From an uncultured Armatimonadia bacterium (GTDB taxonomy: Bacteria; Armatimonadota; Zipacnadia; CAVVLO01), in assembly GCA_963749155.1 (NCBI GenBank), contig CAVVLO010000002.1:1472001-1536000 (forward strand): a DNA stretch of 64,000 nt, written 5' to 3'. Below, one piece after another: positions 51,848 through 60,378 of the stretch; within the stretch, counting starts at the first letter, position 1, and each line of letters begins with the position of its first letter. A program made the position numbers and the translations under genes. Below the pieces are notes generated by a model. The model was not told where the DNA came from and searched no databases. It was given only the letters and a program-made list of their open reading frames with translations.

Positions 51848-52544
51848 TTGTCATTGCCATCCTCGTGCTACTGGCCGGCACGGTCTACAGCCTGGCCGGG
51901 GGCGCGAGGGAGAAGCGCGCGCCAGTCGCAGTGCCTCGGCAACCTGGGGCAGATCGGCGCTGCGGCGCTGCTCTACAAGGCGGACTGGGACGGCCATCTG
52001 CCGGTCCAACTGGAGGCGCTCTTTCCCCAGTATGTCGCCTCGGAGTCGGTCTTCCTCTGCCCCAGCGATGCCGCGCCAGAGGGCTGGCGAACCGAGCTCC
52101 AGGGACGTGCGAGGCGTCTACACTTCCTATACCCAGTTTTCAGATGAGCGTTTCTGTCTAGGGGAGGGTGTGGTGGTCCCACCGAGCTATCCGTATGAGC
52201 AGCTTGCTCTGGATTATGCCGTACAAGAGATCTCTCCGAGACTCCCGATCGCGACCTGTTGGTGCCACCTGCTGCCGGGGCGCTACTACAACCCGTATGA
52301 CCTGAAGCTCAGAGCTTTCCAGAGGGCGCTTTGCGTTGCGATACCTCCTCGGTGATGCCGCGAGTGGATCAGGACGGCAGTTGCCGGCTGATGCGGATCA
52401 GCGAGGAGCGCGAGTTCACTGCTGTCGTTGCGCTCTATGGCTGGGCGGGGATGGACTTGGTCGAGTTTAACGCGCTGAGTGCGAGAGAAGGCCAAGATCA
52501 CGGTCAAGCTTGACCGGAAGAACGATAAAGGCAAGACGCCGTAA
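51808..52544 (+). CDS. type IV pilin-like protein 6, a recent duplicate of protein 5; several frameshifts (possible pseudogene)
   Basis: Near-identical DNA to about 50818-51485, offset 1010 bp; AD|LALVE lacks the -1 Gly. Confidence 0.6.
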
Positions 52545-52634
52545 GGACTTGCGGCCCGCTGGCCTTTGCCCGGGAAGAGGGCTTCCTGCCCGAGTGGCTT
52601 GCGCTTCTCGTGATTGCAGCTTAGACTGCCTGTT

Positions 52635-53450
52635 ATGGAAGCAGCCCAGGAGCAACCTCGCGCGCAGACTACTGGCAGCCAGTGGGCGATACTGGCGACA
52701 GTTGGATACGGAGTTTACAGCCTGCTGGCGGGTCAGCTCGCGCCGGCGCCGGTCGTCGGCGGATTGCTCTACAATCCCGCAGCCTCGATTGTCACCCTGA
52801 TGCTGGTGCTGATTGGCTTCTCCTTCTGGCGGACGTCGTGGGGACTTGAGATCGGCCTCACCCTGGCGGCGACTGCGCTGGTGGTGCTTGCGTCGGTTAA
52901 AGGAGCGCCTCCAGCCGGCGATGCGGCACTGGTGGTAGCCGCGGCCAGTTTCGGCAAGCTGCTCGCGCGGCTCTTCCGCGAACCCAACATCATACTGCCG
53001 GCCGTGATGGTTGCGGCGACAGTTGACCTCCTCAGCGTCTACTTCGGCCCGACCGGGCATATCGTGAGGCATATGCCCGGCCTGCTTGCGGCAGGCACGA
53101 CGATGGCAGGGCAGGCAGGGGCCACAATTGGCTCCGGGGCGGGGAAGATCGTCCTCTCGCCGGTCAATGTTGGCGCGGGCGACCTCGTGTTTATGGGGAT
53201 GTTCCTGGGGGTTGCGATACGCCTGTCACTCGACGTCCCAGCGACGGTGCTGGCCTTGTTCCTGGCCGCCTCGACAGGTATAATCCTGGCGGCGGTGCAG
53301 CCAATCCCGATACCTGGACTGGTGCTCATCGGCAGCGCGGCGCTCATCGCCAATCGCAGTTTTATCAAGCTCTCTGGAGAAGAGAAGCGTTCCGTGATGG
53401 TGCTTGGGATTGTGCTCGCACTCCTTCTAGCCTGGGCCCTGCTGCGCTAA
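52635..53450 (+). CDS. multi-pass membrane protein with presenilin/SPP-like GxGD aspartic protease motifs
   Basis: TM-embedded VDLLSVY, VGAGDLVF and IPGL (PAL-like) in the canonical order. Confidence 0.6.
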   Translation: MEAAQEQPRAQTTGSQWAILATVGYGVYSLLAGQLAPAPVVGGLLYNPAASIVTLMLVLIGFSFWRTSWGLEIGLTLAATALVVLASVKGAPPAGDAALVVAAASFGKLLARLFREPNIILPAVMVAATVDLLSVYFGPTGHIVRHMPGLLAAGTTMAGQAGATIGSGAGKIVLSPVNVGAGDLVFMGMFLGVAIRLSLDVPATVLALFLAASTGIILAAVQPIPIPGLVLIGSAALIANRSFIKLSGEEKRSVMVLGIVLALLLAWALLR

Positions 53451-53518
53451 AGGCGCCAGGGCTCCGCCTCAGGCTGAATCAGTTTTTCCCGGTGGGTTTT
53501 TCGTTGGAGGGATAGCTC

Positions 53519-56009
53519 GTGGATGACCGGTATGAGCCGCAAATTATAGAACCCAAATGGCAGCAGCGCTGGCAAGAGTGGGGCCTGTTCCGCGTGGGCG
53601 AGGAAGTGCCCGTCGAGAGCAAGTTCTACTACCTGGATATGTTCCCCTATCCCAGCGGCAAGATGCATATGGGCCATGTGCGCAACTACATCATCGGCGA
53701 TGTGGTCGCGCGTTATCATCGGATGAAGGGCCAAAATGTGCTGCATCCGATGGGCTGGGATGCCTTCGGATTGCCCGCGGAGAACGCGGCTATCAAGCAC
53801 AATACTCATCCCTCGGACTGGACGCGCCAGTGCATCACCGAGATGCGCGCGCAGTTCAACCGGCTGGGCATCAGCTTCGACTGGGAGCGCGAGGTAACGA
53901 CCTGCGAGCCGGACTACTACAAGTGGACGGAGTGGATGTTCGTCCAGTTTTTCAAGGCTGGCCTGGCTTACAAGAAAGAAGCGCCGGTCAACTGGTGTCC
54001 CGACTGCCAGACCGTGCTCGCCAACGAGCAGGTCGTGGGCGGGGCTTGCGAGCGGTGCGATGCCGTCGTCGAGAAGAAGAACCTTTCGCAGTGGTTCTTC
54101 AAGATAACCGATTACGCCGACAGGCTGCTGGCCGACCTGGCCAAACTTGCCGACTGGCCCGAGCGCGTGAAAGTGATGCAAGAGGCCTGGATTGGGCGCA
54201 GCACGGGCGTCGAGATCCTTTTCCGCCTCGCCGAGACAGGCGAGGAGCTGCCTGTCTTCACCACCCGGGTGGATACCATCTTCGGCGCCACCTATGTGGT
54301 GCTGGCAGTAGAACATCCCTGGGCTGACCGACTGGTTACGGCGGACCGCAAGTCAGAGGCGGAAGCCTTTACCAACGACGTGAAAGCCCAGACCGACTTC
54401 GAGCGCGTCGCAAGCGACAAGGACAAGCGCGGCTTCTTCACCGGCAGCTATGCCATCAATCCGGTGAACGGCGAAGAGATACCGATCTACCTGGCCGATT
54501 ATGTGTTGATGGAATATGGCACCGGCGCAATTATGGCGGTGCCCACCCACGATGAGCGAGACTTCGTCTTTGCGCGCAAGTATGGGCTGCCGCTGCGAGT
54601 GGTCATCCAGCCTGAGTGCGAAGTGCTGGATCCCTCCTCGATGGAAGGCGCTTACACCGGCGAGGGGCTGCAGATCAACTCCGGTCAGTTCGATGGGCTC
54701 TCCAACGAACAGGGCAAGGTCCAAATCGCCGACTGGATGGAAGCCGAAGGCATCGGGCGACGCAAAGTAAACTATCGCCTGCGCGACTGGTGTATCTCTC
54801 GCCAGCGCTATTGGGGCGCGCCAATCCCCATTATCTACTGTGACAAATGTGGCACTGTGCCAGTGCCGGAGGAGCAGCTTCCTGTTGTGCTGCCGCGCGA
54901 TGTGGCCTTCACCGGGGAAGGAGGCTCGCCTCTTGCGAAAGTGGAGAGCTTCGTAAACACCACCTGCCCGACCTGTGGCGGCCCGGCGAAGCGCGAGACC
55001 GACACGATGGACACCTTCGTGTGCAGCTCGTGGTACTTCCTGCGTTATGCCGACCCCAAAAACACCGAAGCGGCTTTCGATCGCGCCAAAGTGGATTACT
55101 GGCTGCCCGTAGACCAGTACGTCGGCGGCATCGAGCATGCGACGATGCACCTGCTTGTATGCGCGTTTCTTCACGAAGGTGCTGCACGATTTGGGGTATC
55201 TCGGTTTCGATGAGCCTTTCACCCGGCTGTATACCCAGGGGATGATCTACAAGGACGGCGCCAAGATGTCCAAGTCGAAGGGCAACGTGGTGACGCCCGA
55301 GGTCATCCAGGACAGATATGGCGCTGATACGGGCCGGATGTATATCCTGTTCGTGGGGCCGGCCGACCAGGACGCCGAGTGGAACGACAAGGGCGTAGAA
55401 GGCATCGCCCGGTTCCTCAGGCGGCTGTGGCGCACCTATAGTCTGCATGTGGGCAAGTTCGACAAAGACTGGTCAGGCAAACTGGCAGGGGCTGAAGTCT
55501 CCGAAGGCGCGCTGGCGGTCAGGCGCAAGCTGCATCAGACGCTGGCCAAAGTGAACGATGACATCCAGAGCTTCCACTTCAACACCTCGGTGGCGGCGCA
55601 GATGGAATTGTTGAATGTGCTTCAGCCCTGGGCCGATGGACTCACCGAGCCGACTGAAGTTGACCTGGCGGTGCTTTCCGAGGCGCTTGAGCAGTTCGCA
55701 CGGTTGCTGTCGGTGTTCGTGCCGCACCTGGCGGACGAGTTGTGGGAGACTCTTGGCTTCGAAGGCAGCCTGCTCGAGCAGGCCTTCCCGATGGCTGATC
55801 CGGCCCTTCTGGTACTGGACACGGTCGAGGTGCCAGTTCAGATAAATGGCAAGGTGCGCGGCGTGGTAACCGTGCCTGCTGGCGCCAGCGCCGAGGAGAT
55901 GCAGGCCATCGCTCTGGCGGACGAGAAACTGAAGGACCGGTTCGAAGGCGTGACCATCGTCAAGGCCTTCGCGAAGCCCGGCCAGATGGTGAGTTTCGTT
56001 GTGAAGTAA
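53519..56009 (+). CDS. leuS: leucine--tRNA ligase; apparent frameshift near 55157
   Basis: [58 protein letters not shown]. Confidence 0.97.
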
Positions 56010-56096
56010 GGTCACAGATTGATTTCTGGAGCTTCCAGGCCTCTTCCGGCGACCCGGGGGAGGCTTGTTTTTTCGGGCAGTGGTACACTGGATATT

Positions 56097-57053
56097 ATGA
56101 GCGACCATCATCATCAGGAGTCTGCTGAAACTGCAACCTGGGACGCGATCAGCCTGGACCGCCGACTGGTCTTCAGCATATTGCTCAACGCGCTCATCGT
56201 CGTCGTCCAGTTGATTGGCGGTATGCTTTCGGGCAGCCTGGCGCTGCTGTCAGATGCCGTCCACAACGCGAGCGATGTCGCGGCGCTGACTGCTGCTCTC
56301 ATAGCGCGCAGGCTGTCGCGCAGACCTCCCACTCCAAGCCATACTTACGGGCTGCGCCGGATTGAGCTTGTCGTTGCGCTTGCCAATGGGGCGACACTGC
56401 TCGTGGCCAGCACCCTGATAGTGCGCGAGGCGGTTCGGCGTTTCGCCGCGCCCGAGCCGGTGCGGGCAGATATGATGCTTTTTGTCGCGGCGATCGGCCT
56501 GGTGGCAAATCTGGTCTCCGTGCTGCTGCTGCGCGGCCACGGGCACAGCGACCTAAATATGCGGGCTGCTTTCCTCCACCTGCTTCAGGATACGGGTAGT
56601 TCGCTGGTAGTCGTGCTGGCAGCGGTACTGGTGCTGTCAGGCTGGGAAGGCGCGTTGCTGGCTGACCCGATCGCCTCCCTTGTGGTCGCAGTCGCGGTGT
56701 TGTTTAGTGGCTGGCAGCTGTTGAAGGCTACTCTCAACGTGCTGCTCGAAGCGACTCCACCTGGGATGGACCTCGAGGAGCTGCAGCGTCAGTTCGAGGC
56801 GGCCTTCCCCGATATGACCTTGCATCATCTGCATGTCTGGCAGGTCGTACCAGGACGGATTTATCTCACAAGCCATGTGCGCCTCTCTGACAGGTCGCTT
56901 GCCGAGGCTGAGACGGCTTGTCAGGCAGCCGCTGAATGGCTCGAACACGAGTGGGGAATCGCCCATGCTACCCTCCAGCCCGAGGTCGAGGTTTGTGAGG
57001 ATGACTCGCTAATCAGAGGCAGTGACAAACCCAAACCTTCCCCTCCTGATTAA
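56097..57053 (+). CDS. czcD: cation diffusion facilitator (Co/Zn/Cd efflux)
   Basis: SLALLSDAVHNASD, TYG..R.E, LNMRAAFLHLLQD, HHLHVW, HATLQPE. Confidence 0.9.
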   Translation: MSDHHHQESAETATWDAISLDRRLVFSILLNALIVVVQLIGGMLSGSLALLSDAVHNASDVAALTAALIARRLSRRPPTPSHTYGLRRIELVVALANGATLLVASTLIVREAVRRFAAPEPVRADMMLFVAAIGLVANLVSVLLLRGHGHSDLNMRAAFLHLLQDTGSSLVVVLAAVLVLSGWEGALLADPIASLVVAVAVLFSGWQLLKATLNVLLEATPPGMDLEELQRQFEAAFPDMTLHHLHVWQVVPGRIYLTSHVRLSDRSLAEAETACQAAAEWLEHEWGIAHATLQPEVEVCEDDSLIRGSDKPKPSPPD

Positions 57054-57565
57054 GCCCGCAAGGTCGTTCTGCCATCTTCCACCCTCCAGCGTTATTCGGG
57101 AATCTCCTTCTCAAGACCAGCTCGGCGCCAGAATCAACCCTCACCTTCCCAAACTGGCAGGGGTGTGGGGGCACTGCCCCCTCGCAGTTCCTGGGCTTGA
57201 GCGTTTCTGAACCGTAAATTCTTGGTAAATAGTCAGGTAATTCTGCTCCAGCTTGCTCCAAACTCGCCACTTTGGCACGTTTCTTGCCTTATGGAAACCC
57301 CGGGTGGGAGGGGGTTTGGGATGGGATTTGGGGGGTTTTGGAAAAGCGAGACTCTCCAGACCAACTTCGGTAACCTGGGATTTACAACGCTTGGCTAGCA
57401 CCAGATTTACTTCCAGGCCCTCGGGGAAGAAGAGCCAAAAGGCCAGTGTCAGGAATCTCAAAGCCACTTGGGATTTCTGGATTGTAAGCCAGGGCTTGAC
57501 AGGAGAAACCTGCCGGAGGCCGAATAGAGCAGGCGTTCGCCAATATGCCTCTGGAGGCGCCCGAA

Positions 57566-59323
57566 ATGGCCGAGAGATTCCGCCTGGAGCGTTTTGCCCG
57601 TCGCAATGCCAACTACCTCGAACAGATGGTCGATTCTCACGGCCTGCCCTACTTCAACACCTTCTGGACCGACCCAGCCGAGTGTGTCCATGACTGGCCC
57701 GACTACGGCGACGTCAACAGCCGCCAACTCGAAGCCGCCGTTATGTCGCGTTATATGACAGGCGTGCCTGTTCGGAGCGAGCCGACAATGCGCGCGACCG
57801 CCAGGCAGTATCTCAAGCTGGGCGGTGATGGGCTGCTTTGGCGGCCGGAGACCCCCTATACGCGCCTGGGCGCCGACCTCGGCGACAACACGATGACCCT
57901 CGGCGCCTTCACAGCCCTCACACAAGATGAGCCCGGCAGCGAGTGGCGCGGCATCGGGCAGGCCTTGGTCGATCGTCTCTGGGAGCTGGCCACCAAACGC
58001 GACGATTATGCCTTCTTCTCCGGTAACTACTGGTCGCCCGAAGGCTGGACCAGCCACGGCGATCAGCCTGGCGGCTACTGGGAGTTCTTCTTCGTGCAGC
58101 CGCTGCTCAACTGGGCCGAGGCGACAGGGAGCGAAGTGGCGATTGACCTGGGCCGGCGTCTCGCAATCGCGAGCCTTGAGCATACCACCAGCTTCTCGCC
58201 TGAGGGCCGCTTCGTCGGTCATGTGCACGGTCATCTGCGCGGACTGGCGGGGTTCGCTCATCTGGGACTGCTGGACAACCGGCCCGAGTTGCTGCAGATT
58301 GCGGCCAACGGGATAGACTTCATAAACCGCCAGAGCACCAATTTCGGCTTCGTACCGGAGCTTTCGGAGCGCAAAGACGACCTTATCGGCTGCGAGACCT
58401 GCATCCTGATGGATTATCTCGACACGATGATAATCCTCGGGCTGAACGGTTATCCCCAGTACTTCGAACTGGTCGAACGCACGGTGCGTAACCATCTGGC
58501 CGAGAGCCAGGCCACCGACTTGTCCTGGCTGGTAGAGGATAACAACCGCGAGGATACCGACCAGATAACCTGGCGCAATCTGCGGAGCCGGCTTTCCGGT
58601 TGTTACGCGGGTTGGAGCTCGCCCAACCATATCCTCGCCTATCGCGAAGATTTGCCCTTCACCTGGACGAAGCATATCGACCAGCATCCAATCTACATCG
58701 GCAAGACGCGCGCTTTCCAGCACTGCTGCGGCGGGTCGGGCACCAAGGCCTTCTACGAGGCGTGGCTTGCAATCGCTACCTTCGAGGAGGGGCTGCTCTC
58801 GGTCAACCTGCATTTCGATCGTGAGACGCCCGAGGCCAGCATCCGGTGTGACAAGCCTTACAAGGGCGAGACCCGGGTGACGCTGAAGCAGGCCTGTTCA
58901 GTAAGGTTGCGCCTGCCCGAGTGCGCAAGCGAAGTCAGCCTGACTGTCGAGGGCGAGCCTGCCAACTGGCATCGAGAAGGCCTCTGGGCGGTGCTCGAAG
59001 GCCAACTACCCGCCGGGGCGCGTATCGTGATGAGCCATCCTCTGCCCGCAAAGACCGAAACCATCTTCATCGGCAATGAAGGCTTCAAGCAATATGAATA
59101 CGAAGTGACCTGGAAGGGCGATACGGTGGTGGCCTGCCTCGGCAAGACCGAGCACAAGCGCGGCTACACCGCCCTGATGGACGCCGAGGTCGAGCTTTTT
59201 TATGGAGAGGACGGCCCAGGGCCACTCTACCAGCGGCAGGAAGTCGTCGAGACTTCCGAAGCACCGGCTTCCGACCCGCTGCCTTTTGTCGAGACCAGCC
59301 CTGTCAAGCTTTACTGGAGGTAA
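57566..59323 (+). CDS. GH127-like (beta-L-arabinofuranosidase-related) alpha/alpha-barrel protein
   Basis: GHVH, GCETC, ERTVRNHL, HCCGGSG, VNLHF, LRLP; family assignment from motifs only. Confidence 0.65.
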   Translation: MAERFRLERFARRNANYLEQMVDSHGLPYFNTFWTDPAECVHDWPDYGDVNSRQLEAAVMSRYMTGVPVRSEPTMRATARQYLKLGGDGLLWRPETPYTRLGADLGDNTMTLGAFTALTQDEPGSEWRGIGQALVDRLWELATKRDDYAFFSGNYWSPEGWTSHGDQPGGYWEFFFVQPLLNWAEATGSEVAIDLGRRLAIASLEHTTSFSPEGRFVGHVHGHLRGLAGFAHLGLLDNRPELLQIAANGIDFINRQSTNFGFVPELSERKDDLIGCETCILMDYLDTMIILGLNGYPQYFELVERTVRNHLAESQATDLSWLVEDNNREDTDQITWRNLRSRLSGCYAGWSSPNHILAYREDLPFTWTKHIDQHPIYIGKTRAFQHCCGGSGTKAFYEAWLAIATFEEGLLSVNLHFDRETPEASIRCDKPYKGETRVTLKQACSVRLRLPECASEVSLTVEGEPANWHREGLWAVLEGQLPAGARIVMSHPLPAKTETIFIGNEGFKQYEYEVTWKGDTVVACLGKTEHKRGYTALMDAEVELFYGEDGPGPLYQRQEVVETSEAPASDPLPFVETSPVKLYWR

Positions 59324-59327
59324 CAAG

Positions 59328-60128
59328 ATGACTGACAAGCAAGTTACCAGAGAAAGTTTCCTCAAGAACGGCCTGCTGGCCGTATTCGGGCTGGTGGCGG
59401 GCGCACAGCTTGTGGCTTCGGCCGCTGAAGAGCCGGCAGCCAATCCGCAGGACTATCCCAAGCCGGAGGACCTGGTGCCCTTCCGTTTTGTGCAGGGCGC
59501 ACCTGATATTCCGCCGCTGGATACACCAATCATCTGGGCGCGCGAGCAGCTTAATCCCCAGTTCTGCACCCATGAGCTGCTGTCACTGGTGATGGAAGAG
59601 CGCCATGAAAACAGTTTTCCCTGGGTGCAGTATAACCAGCTCACCACCAGCCACACTGGCGGTGATGCGGTGGTGTTCTATTCGCGCCTCCACAAAGAAG
59701 GGCCTGGCTGGTCCTGCGGCAACCACAGCGAGGTGTTCTCCACCAACTGGGGCGTCGGCATCGGGGTGAACATCGAGGTCAGCAACAATTACGAGGGCGA
59801 CGAGGGCTTTAATGGTATCTATGGCGCAGTCATCCAGGGCTTCGGCAAGCGCCAGCCCAAGTCGGGAGTGCTGATTACTGGCGAGCTTGGGTTCGTCAAC
59901 GGCATCGAGCTGGACGCAAAGCATGGCACTGGTATCAACCTGGACTGCGAGACTGACGTCGGCATCAATCTGCATGACAACCGGCTGCGTCTGAATGAAG
60001 GCGCCTGGCTGGACCTCGACGCCGAAGGGCAGGTCCGGCTGCGCTATTTCGAGGGCAATCTCGAGTTCTGGAACGGCGAAGCTCGCGTCGCGCATCTGCC
60101 AATGGCCGGCGAAGATCACGCCCTGTAG
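59328..60128 (+). CDS. hypothetical exported protein with Tat-like signal and beta-rich body
   Basis: GGAGG RBS; MTDKQVTRESFLK + hydrophobic stretch + ASA. Confidence 0.7.
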   Translation: MTDKQVTRESFLKNGLLAVFGLVAGAQLVASAAEEPAANPQDYPKPEDLVPFRFVQGAPDIPPLDTPIIWAREQLNPQFCTHELLSLVMEERHENSFPWVQYNQLTTSHTGGDAVVFYSRLHKEGPGWSCGNHSEVFSTNWGVGIGVNIEVSNNYEGDEGFNGIYGAVIQGFGKRQPKSGVLITGELGFVNGIELDAKHGTGINLDCETDVGINLHDNRLRLNEGAWLDLDAEGQVRLRYFEGNLEFWNGEARVAHLPMAGEDHAL

Positions 60129-60138
60129 GAGGCCCCTT

Positions 60139-60357
60139 ATGGAAGAAAAACAGCTTTCAGCAGCCCAGATCGACTTCTTGCGCAAGCTCTACTCGGAGTT
60201 CTCGGCGGCTCAGAAAGCCCTCAACGAGTTCACCCGGTATCTGCTTGAGGAACATGGCCTGACTGGTGAACAAGCCAGATGGCAACTGGCCCCGAGTCTC
60301 GACCGGTTTGTGATGCTGCCCGACCAGTCAGCCGAGGAGGATCCAACACCTTTCTAA
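60139..60357 (+). CDS. small hypothetical helical protein
   Basis: AGGAGG RBS, 72 aa, in operon. Confidence 0.65.
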   Translation: MEEKQLSAAQIDFLRKLYSEFSAAQKALNEFTRYLLEEHGLTGEQARWQLAPSLDRFVMLPDQSAEEDPTPF

Positions 60358-60378
60358 TAGTCTCCTGGAGGTCCAAAG

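Larger units (their letters stand above)
49172..52589 (+). repeat. 23-bp direct repeat (49172-49194 and 52567-52589) flanking cassette 2
   Basis: tgcc(t/c)gggaagagggcttcctgc, one mismatch. Confidence 0.8.

Noticed and set aside
45509..52544. Diversity-generating retroelement or CRISPR explanation of the repeats
   Set aside because: No reverse transcriptase or cas genes; differences between repeats are not adenine-specific; the repeats are coding and ~700-1000 bp apart
32686..56009. ftsZ and leuS as pseudogenes or programmed frameshifts
   Set aside because: Core genes with intact conservation on both sides, no slippery heptamer seen, and a window-wide indel background
53447..58813. Long minus-strand ORFs opposite leuS and the GH127-like gene (and similar ones elsewhere)
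   Set aside because: Typical high-GC antisense shadows with no motifs or RBS
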